From the human T2T-CHM13v2.0 reference genome, Homo sapiens: a stretch of DNA of 64,000 bases. This document shows, in pieces, positions 1 through 15,451 of the stretch; within the stretch, counting starts at the first letter, position 1, and the number at the start of each line of letters is the position of its first letter. The stretch lies in NCBI RefSeq assembly GCF_009914755.1, contig NC_060938.1. One strand, written 5' to 3'. The translations under genes and the position numbers were made by a program. The notes under the pieces are model-generated. The model worked only from the letters and a program-made list of their open reading frames with translations. It made no database searches and was not told the DNA's origin.

Positions 1-526
1 AGCTACGCTTAATAACGATATCCATAGTGCCATTTTCCTTTTCTCTTACCTAAAAGAGGTGTCCATCTTTGTGGATGGAGACACCCATTTTCTACTTCCC
101 TTCATATTAAAAATGTATCTATGGGTAAACCAAAAGAACAAGAAGTCATTAAGGTAAATGTTGTAGGAAACAAGCATTACTGCACACTGTAGTCACCATG
201 ACTATTAGGGGGACCAGAAATAGCTGCAGGGAGAAGCAGGGCAGTAGCTCTCACTTCACTCTTTTCACTGCTGCTCAAGACAGCCAGTGGCAACACTAGT
301 TAATGAGCAATAGCCTTCAGGGTGTGTATGAAATCATACTCACACTTTGGTACTTTACTGATTTTTTAATAAGATGATTGGCAACATGCCTTTAATACTG
401 GTAATACTTGATTCAGTACAGAAAGAGACTTTGTAAGTGTAAAATATTTTATTTTGGACTCAAGACCTAGTCAAACTACTAAAGATAAATAGCGTTTGAA
501 AATTTACAACTCAGAAGTGAAAATCA

Positions 527-840
527 GACTGTGCGTGATGGCTCACAACTGTAATCCCAGCACTTTGGGAGGTCGAGGCGAGCGGACCACCTGAGGTTAG
601 CAGCTCGAGACCAGTCTGGCCAACATGGTGAAAACCCCATCTCTACTAAATATACAAAAATTAGCCGGGTGTGGTGGCGGGTGCCTGTAATCCCAGCTAC
701 TTGGGAGGCTGAGTCAGGAAGAATTGCTTGAACCCAGGGGGCAGAGGTTTCAGTGAGCTGACATCACACCACTGCACTCTAGCTTGCCAGCTTAGGTGAC
801 ACAGCAAGACTCCCTCTCAAAAAAAAAAAAAAAAAAAAAA
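527..840 (+). mobile_element. Alu (AluS-type), full length
   Basis: Alu dimer with poly-A tail; TSD agaagtgaaaatca at 513-526 and 841-854. Confidence 0.95.
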
Positions 841-2234
841 AGAAGTGAAAATCAATAACCAGTCAAAAGGGTAGCTATTAACAGACTAAATTTTCCCTAT
901 GTTAGTCCTTGTAATAGGAAGAAAGTAGGATAGCAGGATGGATAAAAATCAACAAAAGAAAAAGAAAAATGAATGGAAAAAGAGATTTTTCTTAATTCTT
1001 TAAATCTTCAGTAAAAATCCTGCTTCAAGTAAGATTTTTCATGACTCTAATTAAGCACTTTTACGGCAGGATAGATCTATAATTAAAGCCTTACCTTATA
1101 TGCCTTACTAACTTGCAGCTGCAAGCTAAATGTTTTAACATATCATCAAATTGGCATTAGTTCGACAAAATGTAGTAATCATTTCCTTTTGTGGACTAAA
1201 AGACATCAAGAACATGAATATTTTAATTCATATGTTAGGTGATACAGACATAATTATTAGAGGTTACAGAGTATATATGGCATTGCAATTTTTTCTATTC
1301 CTTTTTTAAGTAATTGAATGCTTTGCTCAAATAGTTTGAATAAATGTAACTTGACACAAATGATCTAAAACAAGGGGTAGAAACAGCAGGGAGGATGAAA
1401 GAAAATAGGACAAATTCCTAAGTTCTGTGGAACATAGGAAAATTTGTATTTTTAAAGATGAAAAGTGGTGTAAGAACTATGCAAACTTAAAGGCCAACCA
1501 GACAACTATTTTCATCAAAGTATTTAAATTATTACTCTTGTTAAGAAGCTAGTAGCATCATCTTTCTTTACTTAAGTTCGGGGGTAGAATCATATCCATT
1601 ATTTGAAATCTGAAATTGCTACCTAACTATATTCTCAAATTGCATAATCACAAGTTAAGCTCTTTCTGTGGACACATTTGTGTATATGCTTTAGTCAAAA
1701 GCAGGAAAAAAAATAGCCAGCAAAATGTTGCTCTGTGGTTTTGGGAGTGATGGGCAGGAGGAACTGTGTTAGCAGGTTGGAACTCTCAGGTCCCAGGACT
1801 TTGGGGCTGAGTACACATAGAACACCTAACATCCCAGTCAAGTTAGAGCTCTGCTACAGGAACTTGTGCTCATTTCGGCAAAGGCTAGGACAGAATTAAT
1901 CTCTGCAAAATTAAAAATTAAGAGTCAATCAATAAATAGGGCATATAATACTACTATTAATTAAAAGGGTCTAAGATACAGCTCTAACACGACAAGCTGT
2001 ATGAACATCTCTCAGACTTTCCCATCCTAAGAGATGTCTGCCAGACTGAGTCATCTCCAGGGAGGGTAAGTGTCAGAGATGCCCTGGTGAGCTGTGGATG
2101 GCTGGAAATAACAACTGGAAAGGAAGAACAACAGCTAACAATCTCCTGGAGTTTGGCTGCCAAAAAGAATCTTTCCTTCTTATTAAATTCTGATCAAAGA
2201 TCTAGATTCAGTTTCCCAACTGAGAGCTTCACTG

Positions 2235-2521
2235 TTTTTTCTAATTTTAATTTTTATTTTTTGAGAAAGAGTTTCACTCAGTTGCTTAGGCTGGAGTGCA
2301 GTACACGATCTCAGTGCATAGCAATGATCCTCCCACCTCAGCCTCCCAAGTAGCTGGGATTATAGGTGCATGCCACTACTCCTGGCTAATTTTTGTACTT
2401 TTTGTAGAGATGAGGTTTTGCCACATTGCCCAGGTTGGTCTGGAATTCCTGGGCTCAAGCAATCTACCCAACTCGGCCTCCCAAAATGCTGGGATTATTG
2501 GTGTGTGTCACTATGCCCAGC
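2235..2521 (-). mobile_element. AluJ-type
   Basis: Antisense Alu with J-type motifs (ctgggctcaagcaatc); flanking agcttcactg repeated at 2225 and 2523. Confidence 0.92.
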
Positions 2522-2615
2522 AAGCTTCACTGGTTTTTAAATAAGCATCAACATATCTGCTGTGGTCTGTAACTGTGGAATTGGAGGAAATGTGGACATT
2601 CAAAAAAAATGGCCA

Positions 2616-2982
<367 letters not shown>

Positions 2983-3852
2983 TTAGAAATGTTCTGAGGG
3001 AGAGTGAGCAAGATTGAGCATAAACAGCTACATTCATAGACAACTCAACTGCCCTTCCTTATTTAATTCCTGCTACTTCTTATCGATTTGAAAATTTCTA
3101 AGAGATTTAAATTGTGATGCTTTCTATAGGCTGAGATTAAAAAGTCAACCAGGCTAAAGAATATGAAACAATAATAAAAAAAACCTAAACCATTAAAAAA
3201 GGTAAAAGAGAGCCCAGATCATAAAAAGTCCAACAGGCCATAAAATGAAGGCTGGAAACATTACAAAATCTCCCTTCTCAACTGGGAGCCTGGCCAAGCA
3301 ACTACACGGGAGTTGAGTTCTGTGATTGTGAGTGAAAGTTGCATTGTCTGTCCCCGCCTGCCCTCCTTCTGTTCTGATCTCTAATTTTAGACATATCTGT
3401 GTTGACAGCATCCCTTAACAAAAAGATCAGCAGCAAGCTGTTCAAGTCCTAATCTGACATTTCCCACACGGAGAGAAAGGAATGGAATTCCTTTCTCTTT
3501 TGTGGATCTTTGCTCTGGGGTTGTAACTAGTAAGTTATCACAACTGGTTGGTACCAGCACATCACCAATTCATACAACACATGCTGTTCATTTACCTTAA
3601 AAAAGGACTAACCATAAGCAAAAGAGAATTTGGTTCATGATCTATAGATACATTATCCCATAGTCTCCTAATCAAAATTTAGAATATACAATTGAGCAAC
3701 AGGACATTATACCCTACGTCTTGAAAAAAAATTTAGTCAAATTTGATTCTGTGTTTGAATAATCACATCTCTGAGGTGACTGTCCCTAAAAACCCAAAAA
3801 GTATGGTAATCTTGTATATTGTGTGACTTGTCATTCTTGAAAAAGAAAAGTA

Positions 3853-4095
3853 CTAATAGCTAATATGTACTGTATTTACTCAGTGCCGGGCACTGTTCAA
3901 AGTTCAAAGTGCTCTGTGACAACTCATTTAATCCTCAAAACAACTTTGGGAGATAGGTACTATTATTATCCCTTCTTTACAAATGAGAAAACTGAGGGTC
4001 AGCTAAATAATTTGGCTGAAATCATAATGGTAGGCAATAAAAGATGTAGGATTTGAATTAGAATTCTTGCTACTGAATCTGTGTTCTTAACCACC
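3853..4095 (-). mobile_element. MIR
   Basis: Antisense MIR core: ctcatttaatcctcaaaacaac...ggtactattattatccc...tttacaaatgagaaaactgagg. Confidence 0.85.
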
Positions 4096-4174
4096 GCTTT
4101 CTAGAGAGAAAGAGGACAAAGAAGGCAAGTCAGTTCTCAGCCCTGAGAATTCCACCTGGCTGATCTTTGTCATC

Positions 4175-4390
4175 AGTAAATATTTACTGACTCCTTATCA
4201 TGTGATATGTTTTAGGTATATTACAGCTAGTGTTTTAGGCATGCCTAGTGTTTCAGGTATATTATGTTATTTAATCCTCCCCACAGTACTGTATGGGAGA
4301 ACTACTACTCTATTTTACAAAAAACAAAAACCATGGCTTAGACAGGTTATAAATTGCCCAAGGATATACTTATGGTGAGTGATGGAACCA
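4175..4390 (-). mobile_element. MIR fragment
   Basis: tatttactgactccttatcatgtg...tttaatcctccccacag...attttacaaa...gacaggttataaattgcccaagg. Confidence 0.7.
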
Positions 4391-5099
4391 CCTCTGCTGG
4401 TTCCTTTGGGATTATCATTGATTTGAAAATAAGGTGAACAGCTATTGGCAGGAGATTCATGGTACTGAGGAGGGAAGAGGACTACTTTCCAGGCTAGCTG
4501 GCATTCTCCTTATGATGCAGGGCTGTGTATGTGACAGAGGCCTCTTGAGCCTTTACTTTTCCTCAACAAGATGCGACCACAGGATTGCTTGGAATTCAGA
4601 TTCTTTCCTCCACTTTAGCCCATCAACAGATTGATTCCTGACAACATGGCTTTGACAGTGTGATTCTTTGTTTAGCCTTCTTGCCTTGCTTGTCCCAGCA
4701 CTGTGCCAATTTGGGCCCATTACTCCCAGAGCTTTCCTGGCTTCTGCTCCATTGTTCTAAAGAAGGGATTACTGACACACACTTTGGATCATTTCATTCT
4801 GAGGGCTTTAGGCTTTATCTGAGACTGCAGGTATGAGAGTTCTCTCTTGGGAATCTACCTTCACCTTTACTGCATTTGTCAACTCTTCCCCACATACAGG
4901 AGTTTGTAATTCGAGACAGACACTCATTTCATCAGAGATAGAGTTTGCCCTCATAAATTCTCTGAGCTGATTTTGGATAATTTTCAAGAAAAGAGGTGAC
5001 TATCCTTTATATTCTATCATTTTAAAACTAGAAGTCTAACAAATGTAACTGCTTTTTTTTTTTTCCTGTCAAATTAATTCAGTAGCTATCCTTCTTGGA

Positions 5100-6250
5100 A
5101 TGAACTTTAGCATGGATTAACTATCCATTGAACATACAGCATGTATTCCTTATTACTTTTGTTTAGAATTTTATCTCCAGTTATTTCAAGAAAACATTCC
5201 AAGTAATTTTAAAATAATCATTAAGACAATTAAGTTTGGCAGTGTATTTTTACCATGTTTGCAATCGTTACAGTTTCTTACACTCCACTCCTACCCTTTG
5301 GGTTCAGTGTGCTTCATGTTGAAGCACATCATTTAATACTTCTATCAGCAAGGGTCTAGAGGTGGTGAATAATCAGTCTTTGCTTTTCTGAATATATCTT
5401 TGTATTTCTCTTACATCTATATTACAGTCTAGCTGGATACAGAATTCTAGATTGACAGTTATTTCTGGAACTTTGAAGATATTAATGTATTGACTTTTGG
5501 CATCTCTTGTTGCTGGGAACAAGCCATCAGTTTATCCTTCCACAGTAGGAAAACTGTATTTTTAATAGCTTTTAATATTTTCCCTTTGTCCCAAGTGTTC
5601 TATTGCATTATGTTTTTCTCTAGGTAAAGCTTTATTTTCAAGTGTGGCACTTGGTGATATTCTCAATCTGAGTCTTCAATTCAGCAAGTTTTAGCCATCA
5701 TCTTTTCAAATACTGGTTTTCTGCCATTCTTAAACCTTCTTTAAAAATTCCTATGAGATGAATGGTAGAGCATCTTGTTCTATCTTCCATGTACAACTCA
5801 TCCTTTATATTCTTCATTGCTGTGTACTGTATTATGGGTGAATTTCTCATTAATACCTTATAGTTCATTAATTCTGTCTTTGACCCTGGCCAGTCTAGAG
5901 TTTATTCTATCAAATGAGTCTATTTCAGAGACTACATTTTTCATTTCCAGGATTATTTTTTTCTATCACTTTGTCTTTTCATTTTAGTTCCTGTGTTATA
6001 ACATCTTAACGTTTTTTCTAATTTCTTCCTTTATCTTTTGAGTATCATAAATGTACTTAAAGTCATTATTGGAGTTCATTGTTACTTTCATTTCATTTGG
6101 GGTGAATTCAATTCTCATTTGTTATTTTTGTTGGCTTTCTCATGTAGAATTTTGGTGTGCACAATATTCTTCAGTGGGAGATTTAAATTTCTTCCTGCTT
6201 CTCCTCATTGCCTTGACCTTTTCTTTCTATGTAACAGTTTTATTATTTCC
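5100..6250 (-). mobile_element. Old L1M/HAL1 ORF1-region relic
   Basis: tctagctggatacagaattctagattgacagttattt is the reverse complement of the L1 ORF1 motif aaataactgtcaacctagaattctatatccagc; T-rich antisense composition. Confidence 0.7.
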
Positions 6251-7261
6251 TGTGCTGGTCCCTGGTACAACAGGATTTAAAGTAATGGTCTGAGGCTCTT
6301 GTTCTGGGTAACATGTGGGATATGGCAGAGTCAGTCCCAGGCTAGTGGCCAGTTGGATCCAGGTCTTGGGTGGGAGACTATGTTTGTTTTCTCTTGCCTC
6401 TCTGGAACACAGGTTCTTATAAGCCACTTCCCTAAGGAGCAATTGGTCACAGCGTATTTGTAAACTCCTTTCTTGGGCTAAGAAGACTTGGTACCAAGCA
6501 GCAAATCTAGCTCCTATATCCACACTTTGCATGGGTGCACTTGTAGTCCCTATAGTAGCATGGAATTCAAACTTCTTCCTTCCAGACCTGGAATCCAGCA
6601 GACAACAGCTTTAATCCTAATAATTGCTTTGTGATTCTGTTATGTTTCTGGTTTATGGATATACTTATGTTTTCTTTTTCCTGAAAATGGCTATTTCTTT
6701 TTAATTTCCTCTATTCATGGTACTGTGATACCATGTGATAGAGCTAAAGGAGCCTCAAAATACAAATTTACAATGCCAAACTGCTCCAATATTCAATTTC
6801 CCAAACATTCATTTTTATCAACACAAGAATCCAAAAATTCTACATTGCCCAGCAAAGGTAATACTTACTTTTCTCTTTTTTTTTTAACCAGCAAACAAAG
6901 GAAAAGATGATTATGCCTTACTGACAGACTTTCTTATTTACTCACTACCTGAAATTAGATAGCCCCAAATGATAAATTTTAATTTACTTTTTTTAACAGG
7001 AAAAAAAAGGGTTGAGAAGAAGTAACAATTTAGTGGCTGTATCTGTTATCTGCATTACAGCTTAAAACTTCTGCAGTTTTACTTAATCTTAATCAGAGAG
7101 AAATCCAGCTATTTGTGCATGCATTTATTCAGCTTTTAATGGATAGAGCTGGGAAGTATAATAGGCCCAAAAGAGGGGAGTCACAATTTTGGAATTATTT
7201 TGTTAATGACCACTGAAGAAAGAATTTTTCTATTTTCTCTCTCTAATGGGGCAGGGGGAAA

Positions 7262-7470
7262 GAACAGATTCTGGAGATAGACTTGGGATCAAATCTTCAC
7301 TGACCTTTATTATGGATATGATTTCAGGGTAGATAAATAACCTCTCTGAGGCTCAGTTTCTTCGCCTGTAAAGCAGGAATAACGATAACTACTTTTTGTA
7401 GTTAAATGTAAACTAAAAAATTGCCTGGTATATAGTAGGGATTTAGTATGGTGACTATCAGTGTTATTAG
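7262..7470 (+). mobile_element. MIR
   Basis: gacttgggatcaaatc...aacctctctgaggctcagtttcttcgcctgtaaagcaggaataac. Confidence 0.8.
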
Positions 7471-7689
7471 CATTCACAGGCTTTTTTCCTGGAAGGCAAG
7501 AAAAATATAAATACAAATACATATAAATACAGACGACTGTACTTCTACTGTATCTGACCTAAGGGACACTCAAAGCCATGTTTCTCTACTTCCATTAACT
7601 CCTGTGTCCAGGGAGAAATCAGGTTCTATACAAATTTCCCTTAACAGGAGGGAAGGCAGGACAACAGGAAGACAGGATTAAAAGAAGAC

Positions 7690-7940
7690 ATTAATTATAA
7701 GCTCCCACTGAGTGCTCACGATGTTCCGTGGTACTCCCTATGCACCATGCTATATGTTTTATATATGATCTTGTTAAATCCTTACAACTTACTACAGGGC
7801 AAGCATTAGTATTCTGTTTAAAAAGAGGAAGTGAAGCTTACAGTTTAAGTAATTCATCCACAGACCAATAACAGACCTGCTCTGTCCAGTAAGTGACAGA
7901 CCAGAAATTCAAACCCAGATCTGTGTATTGAAAGCCTTTA
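7690..7940 (-). mobile_element. MIR fragment
   Basis: aatccttacaac...gaggaagtgaagctt...aagtgacagaccagaaattcaaacccagatctg. Confidence 0.65.
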
Positions 7941-7996
7941 TCTTTTTAATGACATCATACCACATCCTACCAGGAAGACAAGATTTATAAACAACA

Positions 7997-8850
7997 TGTG
8001 ACACAGTAAGAATATATATTTGGTCTCTGCCCTCAGTTCCTGGCACAGAGCTCCTAAAACCCTTGGAATTCCCTGCATGACAGGAATGAGAGTAGTATCT
8101 TTTGTTATTTGTAATAAGCCCCCTTCAATAATACCTGAGTTTATGAGGTGACTTTTGGAGGTTAGGGGACTGGCTGCTAAACCAGTCATGAGATTAGAGG
8201 GTTTTAACTTTCGGCCCCACCCCCTCATCCTGACCTCCAGGGAGGGGAGAGAGGCTGGAGATACAGTCAATCACCAATGGCTTAATGACTTAATCAATCA
8301 TAATTAGGTAATGAAACCCCAGTAGAAGCCCCTAAATGATGGGATCTAGAGAGCTTTCAGGCTGGTGAACACACCCATGGGCAGGGAGGGTAGCGCACCT
8401 CAACTCCATGGGGACAGAAGCCGCTATGCTCCGGACTCTTCTGGACCTTGCCCTATGTATCTCTTCATCTGGCTGTTCATTTACATTCTTTATAATATCC
8501 TTTATAATACACCTGTACATGTAAGTAAAGGATTTCCCTGAGTTCTGTGAGCTGGTATAGCACATTATCAAACCCGAGGAAGAGATCATGGGAACCTCCA
8601 ATTTGTAGCCAAGTCGGACAGACGTACGGGTAACCTGAGGACCCACTACTTGTGACTGGCATCTGAAGTGGGGAGTAGTCCTGTGGGACTGAGCCCTTAA
8701 CCAGCAGGGTCTGCACTAATTATGGGTAGTTAGTGCCAGAACTGGATTAAATTGTAGGGCACCCAATTGATGCTCCAGAGAATTGGAGAGTTACTTGGTG
8801 TGGAAAACCCACATAGCTGGTGTCAGAAGTGTTCTGTGAGTAGAAACAGA
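7997..8850 (+). mobile_element. MER21-family solo LTR
   Basis: Starts TGTG...atatatttggtctctgcc...cctggcacagagctcctaaaacccttggaatt; internal gccctatgtatctcttcatctggctgttcattt and ggtgtcagaagtg near the end. Confidence 0.85.
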
Positions 8851-9181
8851 TCCTAAAAACAATAATTCAACGGTATAGTGAAGGGATTACATACCCTAAG
8901 TGATACAGAAAATTGTTAAATTAACATGGAAACTGCATTTCAGGTGCTCATGTTGAATCACTTTTAAATGTATATTGAATTAAAGAGGTAAATCCAGCCA
9001 GTGAATGTGAACTTGTCTGTAATGATTATATATTAAATAAACTTGACCTTGACATCTTTTATTAAAGCTGAAAAGGGAATTGTTAATCTCTCAAGAGGTA
9101 CACCACCAAGTTATTTACAAGTGGGGCATTATGATGATTTTAGGAGGAGACAGGGAAGAGACATATCAAGGAAAAGAATGA

Positions 9182-9524
<343 letters not shown>

Positions 9525-9878
9525 TCAAAAGCTTCAACTATCAAGTACCCTAAGAAATGTGTAAAAAACCCATGTAATTATTAAGGAAAACAAATCCCTT
9601 AAGTAAAGAGAAAGAGCCAAGGTAGAAGTATACCAGCTGCTAAAGTAAGGAACTTTTTGATATTACAGAACATGGCAAGCCCCTTTAGTCACTTAAGTAC
9701 TGGGTCTTCATAAAAAGTCTAGGTGCTTCTAAATTTAAATGTCTGAAATTAGAACAGATTAGCAGAAGTAATATAGTCTATAGGACATATATAAAAGTAT
9801 ATCTTATAAAAAATTAAATGTAGGACAATATTACACAATAGAGTATATTACAGCTTTCAGAATTGTTTAAGAAAATGG

Positions 9879-10240
9879 TGTGGTAGGAAGAATAATGGCT
9901 TCCCAAACTTGTCCACACTCTAGTCCCCAGAAGCTGTGCATGGTAAGAGGGACTTTGCAGATATGATAAGTATCTCCAGAGGGGAAGATTATGCTGAGTT
10001 ACCTGGGTGGACACAATATAAACACAAAGGAAGGCAGGGGTGTCAGAGACAGAGAAAGAGATTTGAGGATGCTGGGGGCTTTGAACATTTAGGAGGGGAC
10101 CATGAACCAAGGAACATAATCAGCTTCTAGAAGGTGGAAAAGGCAAGGAAACAAATTCTTCCCTGGGGCCTCCAGAAGGACACAGCCCTACTCACTGATT
10201 TTAGGTTTCTGGAGTCCAGAACTGAAAGACAATGTATCTT
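9879..10240 (+). mobile_element. MLT1 (MLT1D-like) MaLR LTR
   Basis: tgtggtaggaagaataatggc...gggactttgcagat...ctagaaggtggaaaaggcaaggaaacaaattct...cctccagaagga. Confidence 0.8.
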
Positions 10241-10761
10241 AGAGTTCTTTGCAATGTAAGCTTTTCCCTCTTCCTCCGTGAATGAGAGCCTTTGTTTTGC
10301 TGGGTGCCCCCAAGAGTCTATGGCAGGCTCCTTTTATTATTAACAATAAACTAACTCCTGAAAACCAAGCCAAAGACATTCTGACTCAAGACTGAACTAT
10401 CTTTCCCGCAAAATTAACCAGGAATTTGATGTTCAGTTATAAAAGTTCTTTAGTGAAATTCTAGTATTTCCTACTACCTATAATTTGCATTTTACAGCAT
10501 TATTCTATGTAGAATAGCCACAATATAACACTAATTTTCTAAGTTCTCTGAATATCCCTTTAGCAGCCTGTCTCATATTTTTCTTTCTGTTTGTATCTTT
10601 GAATGACTAACACGTTATGCCTTTGAGATCTCCATCTCAAATTCTCCCAAAGCCCTTATAATCGTTTGGCCACCATAAGGTTTATTTGTCTACATACCAT
10701 AAACGTTCTTTGTTTTCCATATTTGTTTTGGCTGGCTACAAACTGGGAGAGTGGATGTCCA

Positions 10762-10890
10762 TAAAGGTTGCCAGATAAAAATGACATCCAGCAAAATTTG
10801 AATTCCAGCTGAATAATGGATAATTTTTTAGTATAAATATGCTGCAAGTAACATGTCCTGCATTTTTATTGGTGAAATCTGGTAACTCTA
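10762..10890. mobile_element. MER53 hAT MITE, internally deleted
   Basis: TIRs aggttgccagat / atctggtaactcta; internal aaatttgaattccag...aattttttagtataa matches the MER53 left arm. Confidence 0.75.
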
Positions 10891-13800
10891 ATGCTCTAAC
10901 TTCTTGCAATGAACCTAGTCCTGGGTAGGTACACTGCAGGTAGAAGGATAAGTAAGGAATGTTTGCTCCTACAAATTTGAAGTTTTCAACTTTAGATTTT
11001 TAAATCAATGTCCAATTTTCAAAGAACTACCTATGCTAAATCTTATTATTCAACCTTACTTTAATGATCAGAAACATGGTTAAAATTTTTAGAAGTTTAT
11101 CATATAATGTGAACAAAAAAGACCATTTTATTTACCCCTTCACTAAAGGTTTTAGAAATCTCATATTCCTGTATAGTTTCTCATATACTATGCTCAAATT
11201 TCTAACCTCTATTCCAGGTATGGAATAGGACTATAGCCTTCAACCTTGAAGATTATATTCTCATCTGCTCTCCAAAGAGTGTGTATTCTGAATGGCTTCC
11301 CCAGAAGTGGGGGTGAATTTGACAAATTACTAAATGACAAAGAAAAGAGCACAGACTGGATTCACTTATCCTTCTCTTTGATGGCATCACTCATTAGCTG
11401 TGTTATTGTTCTTGAGAATTTACAGCTTCTCTTCACTAAAATTCCATGTACTTTTTAGTTCTTGATGCTTCTATGTTACAGCAGAACAACAGCTTTTAAA
11501 TGCCAGTGGATGGTAGAGTTTTTACTGCCTACGTGAAATAAGCACAATGAAGTAAGCTTTTCATAAAGGTAAATGTTTCTAACTTAAGAACAGCCCCTTT
11601 AGTCTCAGAGATTACATCCTTTTATCTTTTATTGTTAATGTTAAACTTTCTTTTATGAAATTATGATGACAGTAGATGTAAAGATTTTAGAAAACATCCT
11701 TCCTTCGAAAATGGTTGGCAAATTTATGTCTCCCAAAATTTTAAAAAACTTTCATATGTCTGTAAATTTAAATGTATGAGCATAATGCAGAATGCCTTTT
11801 ATGTCTGTTTCAGAACTACCACTTCATGTCTAACAATGTTAAGTAATTTTACCTCTGACTCATATTATCTCTAGTTTTGGAAGTAGAAAGAGGTGGACTC
11901 AAGGAATTGTTCTAGGCTGAGGACATGTTGGTGGAAAAGGAATATTTCCATTCTCTTGTAAAGTTTAGAAAACATGTTTTAGGTTTTTTTCTTTCCCACT
12001 GGAAGATCTGAATTATGTGCCCTGATCTCTGGCACAGTGTTACTTGATATATTTTAAACATTGTTGTTTTGGTTAAGTCAGCAGTAACATGTGCACTCTA
12101 TAAATGTCAAACATAAAATGCAACACAATCAGCATTCTATAAAGCATAGCAAACAACTCAGCATCCCAGACATTTGAAATATCTATAGTATAGCTCAGCT
12201 CATTCTCACTTGGAACAAAGAAATTCTTTTCCCCCCAATTCTTATGGCTAACACAGATTAGGAAAGCTCAAGAATATTCCCTTGCTTCTTTCAGAAGAAA
12301 AGGCTTTTGATAAATATGCTGGGAGAAATCATGAAATATTATGAATATGCATATTTGTAGTGTTTAAAAACATAGAATATTTAGGCATGTACTGGCATTT
12401 TTCAAAAATCCCATTTGATTTAACCCTTTATAATTTACTTTAATCCTCATGTCATCCCTTCAAGGCATATGTTGTATCCATGACACAGAAAAGCATAGAG
12501 ATGCTGAGTATAACTTAAGCAGCTCAGATGAAGTTACACAGCTAATGAGTGATGCTGTCAAAGAGAAGGGTAAGTGAATCCAGTCTGTGCTCTTTTCTTC
12601 TAGATCAAGCTGTATATTTATGTCTTCTGGTTGATTCTGAAAATAGGAACGGCTCTTATCTACTGCAGGTTATTTAACCATGGCATAGACAAAACATGTT
12701 TACAATCCTTGTCCAGACAAAAATGGTATTTTGGAAGTACCTTTACGTAAGTCTTGGTTTGGTACAAAATTTTGATGAAGAGATATGACTCAAAAGCATT
12801 TTAATGCACAAAGCCACTCCCAGCTCAGGATGACTAACTATAACCCACCAGCTGTTTCACAGCATGCATTTCAGCGTAGCTTACAGCCAATGAGCAGTGA
12901 AAAAAAAATTGCATCTGTGACCCATTTTTCCTTAGTTTCTAGTCATTTATATCACACACAGAATTGGATGGAACCTAAGGAAGTAGTCCTTAGTTACTTC
13001 TAATTTTTTCACTTAAAATACAAGTATCTACCTCTCTGGGAACAACATGAGGTTGAATGGCTGAATGAGGAAATATGAGAAAACACACACGTACAAAACA
13101 TGATGACTAGTAATGTCATCCTCAACTTAAAAAATACATGAAAGATTCCTATCCAAAAACATCTCACAGTTTCTGCTGAATGTCATGTCCCTAATAGTGC
13201 TCAGCCAATATCAGATGGTTACTTTGATGGGTCACATAGGACTATAAAAACATTTGTGTTTGATGCAGTGGGTACACTGCTGGGGTCCCAATAACAAAAA
13301 CACAAAACTTCCAAACTGGGCTTTTCTGATTCTATGCTTTAAATATTTGTACTGTTGTTTGTATTGATGCTTTTATTTTGCTTTTAGTCTTAGTTTTTTT
13401 CTCTCTCTGAAAGAACTTTCATTTAAGACAAGTCTTAAATGAAATATCATGCTGTCTAGGAAAAGATATATTGGCTGCAATGAGGAGGATGGAGTGATGG
13501 AAGAGTGGCTAAGTCTGTGTGTGTACATGATTAATATAATTATGTAACATAATTTACGGAGAACTTTCAAACATAATTTTCAACTGAATTCACACAAAGA
13601 TCTTGTTAAATTGGTGTCATCCCCCCTTTTGCTTAGCTGAATGGATATAAGGAAAAGAAGACTTGTGCTTATTAAGGGAACGTGGAAGTCACGGTCTCCA
13701 TTTAATAGATGAGGACTAAGTAGCAGGTCTTGACTGAAACATCAGCTGTATCTCTTAATGGCTGTGGGATCTTGGGCTAGTTCCTCATGAATCATTTTCC

Positions 13801-15451
13801 TCATCTGTACTTGGTGGAGGAAACTGAAGTTTATTATTTTCCCAAGGGCAACAAAAATAGTCACTGGAGGAACTATGCCATGGATTCCTGTTGATTTAAA
13901 GAACTATAAGAAACATTTCACTGCAGTGTCACAACAGTGAATCAGCTAAGAAGCCTGGCCTCCTCTGCTGTTCTGTGTCTACATTCAGGCATCAAGAAGC
14001 AACCATATGGTGGTGTTAATACAACTTATCTCTGTGAATTATAATCTCTAATATGTGTGCGTGCATCTCCCAAGGATATTGAAGTTTGATCCCTAGGGGA
14101 AAAATTATACATGACTTTATTCTTGAGAAATAAACAATTCATTCTAATGCACCCCTGGTTGCAGCATGTGTAGGAGTGTGAGGTTCACACTCCAAAGTCT
14201 TTATTCATTGACAGAGTTAAAACAGAAGGAAAAATAACATAAAAATCATGGCAAATGTTATAGATTCCTTTAAAGTACTATATTAATATATTGGGATTAA
14301 GAATGACCACACCAATCACTTTTTTTTTCCATGCCTGGGACACGCACAAGGTGAAATAGTTGCACACCTCACCTAGGGATGACTTTGTATTGTTTGGAAG
14401 AAAAGAACAAACAAAGTCACAGTTTGATTGAATCCTGAGATTCTATCCTATCCTGGGGGAATCCAGAGTAAAGCCATTGGGTTTCCTTTAGCATACCAAT
14501 CAGCAGGGGCAAGTGAGGGCCAGCCTGGTGTGAAGGTGACATCAGAGACATCTGTGTCCCTAGAATTCTAATAGAGCTCTGAAGTCTGGGCTTTATACTA
14601 TCATCTGAAGGGCTGTGCATAGAAGCGTAATGCTTAAGAAATACCCTTTGATGATGATGAAAATATATGGCACTTCAAAATAGCCTGCTTTGTGAAAAAA
14701 CAATCTGCCACATTCAAATTCTGAATACAGCTAACATTGAAATAAAATTGTCTGGATTAACTGTTGCAATAAGAGAGAGCTAATTTCATCTTGCCCTTGT
14801 CTGTCTGGCAACTGCTAACCATCCTTTAACCTCCAGCTCAGCCATCCCCTTACTGTCATGGCAATGTTTCACGTCTATTTACATCTGATATGTCCAGAAA
14901 GTAAGTCAAGCTGGTGAAGGTGCCTACTGTGTGACTGGATCTCCACAGCTAGTTTAGCACATTTACATAGCGCTGAGTAAATGATTGTGGGATCACTGAA
15001 GGATGACATACAACAGGTGAAATAGTTAAGAGAGAACTGAATGAGTTAGCTAGGGTATTCGGGCTCAGAGTTCAAGTAAAAGGCTTGGATATGCTTCAGT
15101 TTATGCTTATCTTGAAGAATAAATTATTTTTTCTTGCAAATAATTTATACCTCTTAATGAAAAAGAAAATGGGTTTGCAAAGAACCTACTTTGTGGTTCT
15201 AATATAGAAATTGCCAGTATCACCAAAGATTTCTACAGTTCACAGTATTAGGCATATGAATACTAGGCCAACAGTAATCATTATAAATTGGTCAACACAA
15301 ATGAAATAGCAATGTGGGAGCCATGTGGGATTTGCTCACGTTTAAAGAATACTGATGTAAGTAAAGTAACAAAGTCTTCCTTGGGACCTTGACCTAATAT
15401 GGCATACCCGTTAATCTATACTGACAATCTATTTGAGGCAGACCACGTCTC

